Made by a program: the position numbers and the translations under genes. A stretch of DNA of 64,000 nt from Candidatus Heimdallarchaeota archaeon (GTDB lineage: Archaea > Asgardarchaeota > Heimdallarchaeia > Heimdallarchaeales > Heimdallarchaeaceae): positions 32,001 through 96,000 of the forward strand of contig JAEOSZ010000111.1 in NCBI GenBank assembly GCA_016840095.1, given 5' to 3'. The notes beneath the pieces were generated by a model. The model saw only the letters and a program-made list of their open reading frames with translations, was not told the origin of the DNA and did no database searches. Position 1 is the stretch's first letter. Each line of letters opens with the position of its first letter. Shown here in pieces: positions 9,175 to 18,100 of the stretch.

Positions 9175-10478
9175 TGGTTAAATCTAAAGTATTCCATCAA
9201 AGAAATCTAGATACAACAGCTAGAATGCATCTAAGAAAAGAGAAAGGTGGAACTGGTATTTTACTAGTCAATGCCACTATGATTCTTCATCTTAATAAAA
9301 CAGCAACTGATTTTGTATCAAGAATAATTGCTGGAAAAAGTGATATTGATATTATTCTAGAAATGAAGAAGAAATATAGAGTTTCAGTAGAACAATTGGA
9401 GATTGATTTGGAAGATCTTAAAACAAAGATTAATCAGCTCATGACTACTCCCGATATAGATCCTGTACAGCATTTGGCACAAGATATCAATCCTTTATTT
9501 GAAACTCCTTTCTCAGCTCCTTTAAGAGTGGATTTAGCTTTAACCTACAAATGTAATAACAAATGCACTAAATGTTACGTGGAATCTACAAGGGAAATTA
9601 AAGAACTATCTACAGAGGAATGGAAACAAGTTCTCGATAATTTATGGGACATAGGAGTACCACATGTTACTTTTACTGGAGGAGAACCTACACTTAGAAA
9701 AGATTTGCCAGAATTGGTAGAATATGCAGAAGATTTGGGGATTATAACTGGTTTGATAACTAATGGAAGAGCACTAAAAGATAAAGATCTAGTAGATAAA
9801 CTTGTAACTGCTGGAATAGATCATTTTCAACTAACTATTGAGAGTCATGATTCGAAAATACATGATAAACTATCTGAAGCTGAAGGTGCATGGAAAGAAA
9901 CAGTTCAAGCTATAAAGAATATTGTTCCAACTCCAGTATATATTATGACTAATACAACCTTAACACCATTTAATATTAAAGACATAGAAAAAACAGTCGA
10001 ATTCTTGGGTTCATTGGGGATTGATCATTTCGCTGCAAACAGTATAATAAAATCAGGTGGAGGAAAGCAGGAAGAGTTTGCTCTTACTTTCGAAGAGTTA
10101 GATGATACTCTAACTAAAATTCTCAAAACAGCTGAAATGCAAAAAATGTCATTTATCTGGTATAGTCCTACAAGGTACTGTGATTTCAATCCAATTGAGA
10201 AAGGACTAGGGATGAAGCAATGTACTGCAGCTCATATTGCAATGGCTATAGAGCCTGATGGATCCGTACTTCCATGTCAAAGCTACTTTGAACCTTTAGG
10301 AAATATTCTTACAACCAAATGGAGAAAGATATGGAATCATAAAATTGCTAAAAATTTGCGTAAAATGAAATACCTGGACGAAGAATGTCTTGATTGTCCT
10401 GAGCGAGAATTATGTGGTGGTGGATGTCCACTGAATTATTCAGCTCCATCAAGTATTTGCAAGGAAGCATTTTCATGA
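9174..10478 (+). CDS. Radical SAM/SPASM enzyme with N-terminal PqqD/RRE-like domain
   Basis: LHLNKTA...KYRVSVEQLEIDL (PqqD-like); CNNKCTKC; FTGGEP; SPASM CTAA...DGSVLPC...CLDCPERELCGGGCP; TAATG overlap with upstream stop. Confidence 0.92.
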   Translation: MVKSKVFHQRNLDTTARMHLRKEKGGTGILLVNATMILHLNKTATDFVSRIIAGKSDIDIILEMKKKYRVSVEQLEIDLEDLKTKINQLMTTPDIDPVQHLAQDINPLFETPFSAPLRVDLALTYKCNNKCTKCYVESTREIKELSTEEWKQVLDNLWDIGVPHVTFTGGEPTLRKDLPELVEYAEDLGIITGLITNGRALKDKDLVDKLVTAGIDHFQLTIESHDSKIHDKLSEAEGAWKETVQAIKNIVPTPVYIMTNTTLTPFNIKDIEKTVEFLGSLGIDHFAANSIIKSGGGKQEEFALTFEELDDTLTKILKTAEMQKMSFIWYSPTRYCDFNPIEKGLGMKQCTAAHIAMAIEPDGSVLPCQSYFEPLGNILTTKWRKIWNHKIAKNLRKMKYLDEECLDCPERELCGGGCPLNYSAPSSICKEAFS

Positions 10479-11230
10479 AACCTAACAATGATGTTGATTG
10501 GGGATCAGAAATCCATGAGCAATTTGTTAGACAAGCACAATGGACAGAATCTATAAGGAACAAAATTTATCCACAAGTGAACCTGAGAGGAGCTAAAAAA
10601 GTTCTAGAAGTGGGCTGCGGAACAGGAGTAATCACAAACGAAATAAGAAAGAGAACACAGGCAAAAATAACAGCTATTGACTTAGACAAGGAAATGCTAC
10701 AAACAGCTGAAGAAAATGTGAAGAATGTCACATTTAAACAAGAGGAAGTAGAAAAACTATCAATGAGATCAAATACATTTGATGTAGTTTTATGTCAATA
10801 TCTCTTTCTATGGCTATCTGAACCTGAAAAAGCAATTAGTGAAATGAGTAGGGTTTGTAAGAAAAAAGGATTTGTTGTAGCTCTTGCAGAACCAGATTAT
10901 GGGGGGTGGATTGAATACCCGGATTTCCAATTGGGAAGACATCATATGAATTATCTAAAACGAGAAGGAGCAGATCCATTCATGGGAAGAAAGCTTAGGT
11001 ATCTGTTTGAAACTGCAGATCTTGAAACATCACTTGGGGTTATTGCTCAGACATGGGACAAAAAACATCTCTTAATGAACATTGAAGAAGAATGGAAGCG
11101 TGTTTACAGCTCAAAAATAATATCAGAGATGGAATATAAAGACATGATAAGGATGGAAAAAGAAGCAATTAATGAAAACAAAAGAACTATTTTCATGCCT
11201 GTTTTTTATGCAATAGGAAGAAAAAGGTAA
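10475..11230 (+). CDS. Class I SAM-dependent methyltransferase
   Basis: VLEVGCGTG, TAIDLD, FDVVLC; likely start is the ATGA overlap at 10475, not 10412. Confidence 0.88.
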   Translation: MKPNNDVDWGSEIHEQFVRQAQWTESIRNKIYPQVNLRGAKKVLEVGCGTGVITNEIRKRTQAKITAIDLDKEMLQTAEENVKNVTFKQEEVEKLSMRSNTFDVVLCQYLFLWLSEPEKAISEMSRVCKKKGFVVALAEPDYGGWIEYPDFQLGRHHMNYLKREGADPFMGRKLRYLFETADLETSLGVIAQTWDKKHLLMNIEEEWKRVYSSKIISEMEYKDMIRMEKEAINENKRTIFMPVFYAIGRKR

Positions 11231-11232
11231 GG

Positions 11233-11351
11233 TGGTCGGGCTTCCGTGATTTGAACACGGGACCGCTCGGTGACTGCTGACGACTTGATCACTGTTCACA
11301 AGTGTGTCTTCGACTACAGCCGAGTGCTCTAAGCCACTGAGCTAAAGCCCG
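11233..11351 (-). tRNA. tRNA-Tyr(GTA) with 42-nt canonical intron (11272-11313), CCA encoded
   Basis: Acceptor CGGGCTT/AAGCCCG-A-CCA (C1:G72); anticodon arm CTCGG-CTGTAG^A-CCGAG; T-arm GTTCAAATC; 4-bp central helix CTGT/GCAG of a relaxed bulge-helix-bulge. Confidence 0.95.
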
Positions 11352-11516
11352 TTATTTATCCACACATTTTTCCATTCTGCTTTGTTCTTAAATTTTTCTT
11401 TTCTATCTTGTTTGTTGAAATCTATTACAGAATGAAAAAATCCCCTTAAATTATCTGTTTTGTCCCCTAATTAAGTAAACTTAAAAATAAGTTCAATCAA
11501 ATTTTACTGGATTATT

Positions 11517-12080
11517 ATGAGTGAGTCTAACGTTCAACATTTCAAACTTTTAGAGAAGAAATTTGATATAGAAGAAGACATCTACAAGAAGCTTGGAAAC
11601 CTTCAAGACCTAAAGAAGAAAATTGCTAAAGAAAACAAGCATCGAGCTAGAGATAACCGAGAGCGAGAGGAACATCTCATCAAAAAGGCTGAGTATGAGA
11701 ATCAAGGTGTACCTGATAAAGCTTTGAAGAGTGAAGTTTCTGCTAAGAAGAAAGAAGCAGCTATTGCAGAGAAAGATTATAAAATCAAAGATCTGGAAAG
11801 AAAAATTCAGAAGGTCGAGGAAGAATTAGAGAAGCTTGAGTTTGAACTGAAAGAAGCAGAAGCAGATATTGATGCTCATGACATGGGAGAACCTACATCT
11901 AAATTTGAGCCAGAACCTGAACCTGAATACAAACCTGAACCTGCATCAGCTTATGTGCCATTAGAACCTACAGTTCTTGATGATGAAGATTATTCAGAAG
12001 ATGAAACCGATGATGAAGATTATTCAGAAGATGAAACTGATGATGAACCTCTAACAACAACATACGATGATTACAGCTAG
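11517..12080 (+). CDS. Coiled-coil protein with acidic low-complexity tail
   Basis: Heptad-rich K/E N-terminal 120 aa; PEPEP linker; DDEDYSEDET x2. Confidence 0.7.
   Translation: MSESNVQHFKLLEKKFDIEEDIYKKLGNLQDLKKKIAKENKHRARDNREREEHLIKKAEYENQGVPDKALKSEVSAKKKEAAIAEKDYKIKDLERKIQKVEEELEKLEFELKEAEADIDAHDMGEPTSKFEPEPEPEYKPEPASAYVPLEPTVLDDEDYSEDETDDEDYSEDETDDEPLTTTYDDYS
11979..12047 (+). repeat. 30-bp tandem duplication (2 copies plus partial)
   Basis: gatgatgaagattattcagaagatgaaac(c/t) at 11979 and 12009; partial at 12039. Confidence 0.9.
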
Positions 12081-12158
12081 TAATCTCATTCTATTTCTAT
12101 TTTTGTCTTTCCAAGAAATTTATTTATAGCTAAATTTTTCATTCACTAGGTGAATCTT

Positions 12159-12542
12159 ATGGATTTATATGGAACTGCCGATTGGAAAACAGAAAAACAT
12201 GTACCTGTTATTGAAGTAGCAGAGGTAATTAAAACAGGAGAAAAAACTCCAGTAACTGTTAGTGTTGGAAAAGAAATCGCACATCCAAACAAAACAGAAC
12301 ATCATATTTCTTGGATAAAACTAATGTTTTGGCCAGAAGGAGAAAAATACCCCTATCAACTTGGTCTTGCTAATTTTGATGCTCATGGAGCTTCAATAAA
12401 GGGACCAGACACCAGTGGTGTTTACTCAGAACCTTATGCAGTGTTTCAGTTAATTACTGATAAACCAGGTAAGCTAATTGCAACTTCTTATTGTAATATA
12501 CATGGTTTTTGGAAATATGAAAAAGAAGTAAAAGTAGAGTAA
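12159..12542 (+). CDS. sor: Superoxide reductase (neelaredoxin, class II)
   Basis: EKHVP, HPNKTEHHISWI and YCNIHG iron-ligand motifs. Confidence 0.92.
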   Translation: MDLYGTADWKTEKHVPVIEVAEVIKTGEKTPVTVSVGKEIAHPNKTEHHISWIKLMFWPEGEKYPYQLGLANFDAHGASIKGPDTSGVYSEPYAVFQLITDKPGKLIATSYCNIHGFWKYEKEVKVE

Positions 12543-12619
12543 AATCTCTTTTTTCTTTCTATTTTTTGTTTTATCTCTTTTTTCGGAAAAAACTTTAATG
12601 AGTTATTCAAGTTAGCAAT

Positions 12620-13387
12620 ATGGATTCTGATTCTAAAGAGACAGATGAAGCATTTGAACAGTTAATTTCAGAAGCAAAAAGACCTCTACATGGATGGGAT
12701 TTCTCTTTTGTTAACAATAGAGTAGTTTCAAGTCCACTAACTTGGAGCTATCATTCAGAGATCTTAAAATATATTAGAAAAGTAGATTCAGTATTAGATA
12801 TGGGTACTGGAGGAGGTGAGTTTTTCTCTTTACTAGAGCCTTTTCCTGAGAAAACCTATGCAACAGAAGCATATGCTCCTAACTATCCTATTGCAAAGAA
12901 AAAATTGGAACCTCTTGGAGTTAAAGTTGTTAAGATAGAGGAAGGTGGAAATCTTCCTTTTGAAGATAAATCATTTGAGCTAATAATTAACAGGCATGAA
13001 GAATACTCATCTAAAGAAGTATATAGAATTCTTACTGATGATGGAATATTCTTGACTCAACAAGTTGGTGGAACTAATGATAATTGGTTAAGAGAGTTCT
13101 TCTTAGGTGATGTAATTAGTGAGTATCAAGAATGGAATTTAGAATTTGCTAAGACTGAATTACAAAATAATGGCTTTAAATTACTTCAAGCAATGGAATG
13201 TTTTCCAAGAAAAAGAATCTTTGATGTTGGTGCAATCGTATTTTATCTACATGCTGCTCCATGGGAAGTACCAGATTTTACAGTAGAAAAATATAAGGAT
13301 AAATTATATGAATTACACCGTCAGATTCTGAACGAGGGATACATCGAATACTCGAGTCATAGATTTTTGATTAAAGCAATCAAATGA
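12620..13387 (+). CDS. Class I SAM-dependent methyltransferase
   Basis: GWDFS, LDMGTGGGE, FLTQQVG. Confidence 0.88.
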   Translation: MDSDSKETDEAFEQLISEAKRPLHGWDFSFVNNRVVSSPLTWSYHSEILKYIRKVDSVLDMGTGGGEFFSLLEPFPEKTYATEAYAPNYPIAKKKLEPLGVKVVKIEEGGNLPFEDKSFELIINRHEEYSSKEVYRILTDDGIFLTQQVGGTNDNWLREFFLGDVISEYQEWNLEFAKTELQNNGFKLLQAMECFPRKRIFDVGAIVFYLHAAPWEVPDFTVEKYKDKLYELHRQILNEGYIEYSSHRFLIKAIK

Positions 13388-13404
13388 TTCTAATTTAAAA
13401 AAGA

Positions 13405-13797
13405 TCAAGCTTTTTGTGTTCTATCAGAAGATACACCATAAATCAAAGAATCTAATATCCAACCAATTAAACTACCAATCATTGCTCCAAGTAGTCCTCC
13501 TATAATGGGGTTCCACAAACTCTGATCTCTTAAAATGCTACTGCTTTCTGCAACTCCAGGAAGTCCTCCTGATGTCATTGCTAAGATAGGAGCAATAAAA
13601 GCTAATGAGACAGCACCTATGATTGCAAATATTAGACAAAAAAAGAGAGTAAAGCGATAATTTGAAAGATCTTCCTCAATGTGATCTTTAAACTCTATTG
13701 GAGGTAATTCATCAAATTCTGAACCGTGGTAGAGGTAAATATCCTCAATTTCCTCTTCTAGGTACTCTTCAATTTCGAAGGAATCAGAATCTAACAT
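13405..13797 (-). CDS. Hypothetical two-TM membrane protein with acidic N-terminus
   Basis: Two hydrophobic helices after an E/D-rich segment. Confidence 0.6.
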   Translation of the reverse strand: MLDSDSFEIEEYLEEEIEDIYLYHGSEFDELPPIEFKDHIEEDLSNYRFTLFFCLIFAIIGAVSLAFIAPILAMTSGGLPGVAESSSILRDQSLWNPIIGGLLGAMIGSLIGWILDSLIYGVSSDRTQKA

Positions 13798-13946
13798 AGA
13801 AATCTCCTAAAGTAATAAGCACAATTAAACAAATAAATATTTCTAGCAGCAGCTTAGTTATAAGTGAAGGATTATGTTTATTAAGGCCTCTTCCCGATTT
13901 ATATTTTGAAGATAAAATAACAAATACTTCATCAGGGGACAATTGA

Positions 13947-16900
13947 ATGAAGAGAAGAATATTTGGTTTATTCTTAGCATGCATGATTCTCTCACAAAGC
14001 TACTTCTTCTCAAATGCCACATTTGATGATTCTTCTGAACTCGAAATTCAATCCATGGGAGAAAGAGTTAGATGGAATTATGAATTAGACGATTGGATTG
14101 GAGGGTCACCAACTATAGCCGATTTTGATAGAGATGGCTATTTTGATATAATTGTACCATGCCTAGATGGTACTCTGCGTTGTTTGGATTATCAAGGAAA
14201 TGAAAAATGGTTTTTTGATGCAGGTAGTCCCGTCAGAAATCCACTCATTATTGACATTGATAATAATGGAGATCTAGAGATACTTTTTGGAACTAATGGA
14301 GGTAGAGTATATTGCATTGAACCTGAAGGGACATTAAAATGGAGAAAAACCCTTGATACTGCTGTATATGATATCAATGCTGTTGATTTAGACAATGATG
14401 GAGTTAGGGAAGTTATTGTAACATGTTGGAAGAATGTGAATTGTCTATCAACTGATGGTACTTTGTTGTGGAGTTTCTACTTAGAATCATTAGATATTAG
14501 CCATGAAATTGCCATAGGGGATGTGGACGGAGATAATCAATATGAAGTTTTAGTGGCAGATTATATCCCAAACGCTCATTACTCATCTCTCTATTGTCTA
14601 AACTCAACAGGTGGAGTTAGGTGGAAACGAGATTACAATCTAGGGTTAGGCAATTTAGTAACAGCAGATGTAGACTCAGATGGGAAAGATGAGATATTCA
14701 ATTCTAATTACAATGCAATTATGTGTATAAGTGAGAACGGACATGAAGTTTGGAGAACTACAACAGGAGCCTCTACTTTTAATAAAATTTCAGTTTGTGA
14801 TATAGATAATGATTCAGTGTTGGAACTTGTGTTTTATCGAAGTAGTGGAATGATTCAACATATTAATGGAATAACAGGAGCTTTAGAAAGGACCTTAGAT
14901 ATATATTATAGTACTCATGGTAATAGTTTTAGTATAGCTGATCTTGACAATAATGGAAAATATGAGTATATTTATACTACGTGGGATGAAAAAAAATTAG
15001 TTTGTTTAGATGATCAAGGAAATGATAAGTGGGTTCATTCCGCAGTTTATTGGCCAACAGCTGTACCATGTGTGGTGGATCTGGACAATGATGGAGTATT
15101 TGAAATTGTATTTGGTCAATCTAAAATTAATGATTTGTCCAGAGTTACCTGTATAGAACTTTCTGATGTAAGTGAATCAGGAAATGCTCCTTGGTATTGT
15201 TGTGATGGAACAGTAGCAAGAACAAATTTTGGAGATTATGATTTTGATCTGCTAGATACTGTAACTGAAAGATTCTATGGAACAGATGAAACAAACCCTG
15301 ACTCGGATTCAGATGGTCTATTAGATGGGATAGAAGTATTGAGTATTTATAGTGATCCTACAAACCCTGACTCGGATTCAGATGGTCTATTAGATGGCTG
15401 GGAAATTGAATATGGTCTGGATCCAATAGTGAGTGATGGGGCGCTAGATTTTGATAATGATGGTTTAACAAATATAGACGAAGTAATGTATGGAACAGAT
15501 GTCTTTTCAAATGATACTGACTCAGACGATTTAAGTGATTATGATGAGATATTCATCTATTTCACTAATCCAGTTGAAAATGATACAGATTCGGACCTTC
15601 TAAATGATTATGAAGAAATTTTTACATATTTTACGTTACCAGATAATAATGATACTGATAATGACATAATGTTAGATGGGTGGGAGACGATAAATAGCTT
15701 AGATCCTTTAACAAATGATACAGACTTAGATCCAGATTTGGATAATCTAATTAACCTGTACGAATTCCAACTTAAATCTAATCCCCAAAACAATGACACG
15801 GACTCTGATTATTTAGCTGATGATGAAGAAGTGTACATCTACAATACGGATTTACTAAATGATGATACAGATTTTGATAACTTAATAGATGGTGATGAGG
15901 TTTTTATTCACCTGACTCTACCAAATGACAATGATACAGATGATGATTCAATAATTGATGGGTGGGAGGTCCTATATGGTCTGAATCCCTTAGTCAATGA
16001 TTCATATCTGGATGATGATTCAGATGCTTTAGATAATTTCAACGAATTTGTGTATAATTGTAATCCAAATTTGAACGATACAGATTCTGACAATCTTCTT
16101 GATGGAGAAGAAGTTCTGGTATATGGTTTAAATCCTCTATCTAATGATACAGATTCAGATCTTTTATTTGATTATGATGAACTATTTATTTATTCTACAG
16201 ATCCTGGTTTAAATGATACAGATTCAGATAACTGTCCAGATGGCTGGGAAATTTTCTGTGGACTCAATCCGTTTCTGAATGATTCCTATTCAGATCCTGA
16301 TATTGATGGACTAACTAATATTCAAGAATATCAATACTCAACTCTTCCCTTAGTTAATGATACAGATTCAGATTTGATGCCTGATGGTTGGGAAATAACC
16401 TATGATTTGAATCCTCTAGCAATTGATTCACTCTACGACTTGGATCTTGATGGGTTATCTAATTATTTAGAATTCATTTTTGGATCGAATCCTCAAGAAA
16501 TTGATAGTGACAATGATATAATGGATGACTTTTTCGAATATACTTATGGTCTTGATCCAATGAACCATTCAGATGCTTTAGATGATGCTGATGACGATGG
16601 ATTGATCAATCTGAAGGAATTTTACGAAGGATTTTCACCAATTAACAACGATACAGATTCCGATAGCATGCCTGATGCCTGGGAATATTATAACAGTCTT
16701 AATGCAACAGATGCATCTGATGCTTCAGAAGATTTCGATGGAGATGGGCTAATTAATTCATTAGAGTTCTATTATGGAACCCAACCTGATGATGTAGATT
16801 CTGATGACGATGGTTTTTCAGATTTTAATGAAATCAATAAAGGTTTTGATCCTCTTGATCCTAGTTCTAATCCCGCCATCTCCCGTAGAAATATGTGGAT

Positions 16901-17435
16901 AGCTCTGAATCTTTCTGCTTCTTCACTTCTAGCACTTCTTCTTTACTATATAATTTGGAATAGGAGAAAACAGAAGAAAAAACTTCTAGTTGAGAAAGAG
17001 AAGATGATGGGTTCATTAGGCTTTACTTCGATGGAAGAAATGAATCGAATACAATCCTTAGGTTTTATTTCCAAGAGTGAGTATAACACGATTAAATCAA
17101 TGGGTTTCGATTCTAAACTTGAATATTTGACAGATCAATTAGGTTATTTACTTCTTGATTCATGGCTGAAGGCCGAAGAGCATCATACATATAAGACACA
17201 AATTGCTAAAACTAAATCCACTGCCAAGCTTGAAGAACTTCGAGAAAAAATTGAAGATATTAGCAAATTTCTCTCAAAAACTCAATATTTGATAGACGAT
17301 TATGGTTTGTTGGAAGATGGGTTATTCAATGATTCTTGGATATCATCAATTAGCAATGTTCAAAACATGAGAGTTGAAGTTGAAAAAACCCTTAATCTTT
17401 TGGATGAAAAAATATCTTCCCTTAAGAAGAAATAG
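13947..17435 (+). CDS. Cell-surface protein: FG-GAP-like beta-propeller, long thrombospondin type-3-like Ca-binding repeat stalk, TM, cytoplasmic tail
   Basis: Signal peptide; repeated DxDxDGxxE(I/V) blades; many D(T/S)DxDxLxDxxE...P repeats; TM MWIALNLSASSLLALLLYYIIW then RRKQKKK. Confidence 0.85.
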   Translation: MKRRIFGLFLACMILSQSYFFSNATFDDSSELEIQSMGERVRWNYELDDWIGGSPTIADFDRDGYFDIIVPCLDGTLRCLDYQGNEKWFFDAGSPVRNPLIIDIDNNGDLEILFGTNGGRVYCIEPEGTLKWRKTLDTAVYDINAVDLDNDGVREVIVTCWKNVNCLSTDGTLLWSFYLESLDISHEIAIGDVDGDNQYEVLVADYIPNAHYSSLYCLNSTGGVRWKRDYNLGLGNLVTADVDSDGKDEIFNSNYNAIMCISENGHEVWRTTTGASTFNKISVCDIDNDSVLELVFYRSSGMIQHINGITGALERTLDIYYSTHGNSFSIADLDNNGKYEYIYTTWDEKKLVCLDDQGNDKWVHSAVYWPTAVPCVVDLDNDGVFEIVFGQSKINDLSRVTCIELSDVSESGNAPWYCCDGTVARTNFGDYDFDLLDTVTERFYGTDETNPDSDSDGLLDGIEVLSIYSDPTNPDSDSDGLLDGWEIEYGLDPIVSDGALDFDNDGLTNIDEVMYGTDVFSNDTDSDDLSDYDEIFIYFTNPVENDTDSDLLNDYEEIFTYFTLPDNNDTDNDIMLDGWETINSLDPLTNDTDLDPDLDNLINLYEFQLKSNPQNNDTDSDYLADDEEVYIYNTDLLNDDTDFDNLIDGDEVFIHLTLPNDNDTDDDSIIDGWEVLYGLNPLVNDSYLDDDSDALDNFNEFVYNCNPNLNDTDSDNLLDGEEVLVYGLNPLSNDTDSDLLFDYDELFIYSTDPGLNDTDSDNCPDGWEIFCGLNPFLNDSYSDPDIDGLTNIQEYQYSTLPLVNDTDSDLMPDGWEITYDLNPLAIDSLYDLDLDGLSNYLEFIFGSNPQEIDSDNDIMDDFFEYTYGLDPMNHSDALDDADDDGLINLKEFYEGFSPINNDTDSDSMPDAWEYYNSLNATDASDASEDFDGDGLINSLEFYYGTQPDDVDSDDDGFSDFNEINKGFDPLDPSSNPAISRRNMWIALNLSASSLLALLLYYIIWNRRKQKKKLLVEKEKMMGSLGFTSMEEMNRIQSLGFISKSEYNTIKSMGFDSKLEYLTDQLGYLLLDSWLKAEEHHTYKTQIAKTKSTAKLEELREKIEDISKFLSKTQYLIDDYGLLEDGLFNDSWISSISNVQNMRVEVEKTLNLLDEKISSLKKK
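15291..15397 (+). repeat. Exact 38-bp duplication at 69-bp spacing within the TSP3-like stalk
   Basis: acaaaccctgactcggattcagatggtctattagatgg at 15291-15328 and 15360-15397. Confidence 0.85.
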
Positions 17436-17487
17436 ATACTTGTTTTCTTCCCAAAATTCTTTTGAATATCAACCAATATTATAAATT

Positions 17488-18042
17488 GTGACTAATATGA
17501 CTTTTGATGAAAAAAATCTGGATTTTCCCCGTCCTGGATCAGCTGAGTATAATCTTCTTTTTGGCGATTCTGAAAGCCAGAATAAAACACTCAAAACTTG
17601 GAAACGTCTAAACAAATTTTTCACTATACCATTGTATAAACTGAATATTCTTCCTCTATTTGGAGCTGGAAAGATTTTCTTACTTCTTTATACTACAGGA
17701 AGAAAGACAGGTAAAAAGAGAATTACTCCTGTTGAATATAGAAAAAGGGAAGGTGTGATTCATTTCGTTGCAGGAAGGGGGAAAAAAGCACACTGGCTTC
17801 AGAATATGTTAGCAAAACCAGATGAAGTAAAAGTCAAAGTTGGGTTCAAAAAATATCAAATTAGCTTTGAGTTACTTTCTTCAATTGAAGAAAAAAATGA
17901 TTTGTTCAAATGGTATGTTGAAAAATATCCTAAAGCTGCAAAAATGTTATTTGGCTGGAATCCAAAAGAAGACGACTTAACAACTGCAGATTTTACCTCT
18001 TTCTCTGAACTAGTTGAAATTGTGAAAATAATGCCTAGATAA
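17488..18042 (+). CDS. Deazaflavin (F420)-dependent oxidoreductase, nitroreductase/Ddn family
   Basis: LLLYTTGRKTGKKRITPV and W..N..A.P.V signature. Confidence 0.85.
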   Translation: MTNMTFDEKNLDFPRPGSAEYNLLFGDSESQNKTLKTWKRLNKFFTIPLYKLNILPLFGAGKIFLLLYTTGRKTGKKRITPVEYRKREGVIHFVAGRGKKAHWLQNMLAKPDEVKVKVGFKKYQISFELLSSIEEKNDLFKWYVEKYPKAAKMLFGWNPKEDDLTTADFTSFSELVEIVKIMPR

Positions 18043-18100
18043 TGCATATTTTGGATAGAAGTAAAGCTTATATCCTTAGAGAACGTGATATAAAATTAAC

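Noticed and set aside
10412-10474. N-terminal extension MWWWMST... of the methyltransferase
   Set aside because: Overlaps the SPASM coding region; the ATGA-coupled start at 10475 is more plausible.
11233-12080. Integrated element at the tRNA-Tyr
   Set aside because: No integrase and no duplicated tRNA 3' end noticed in the window.
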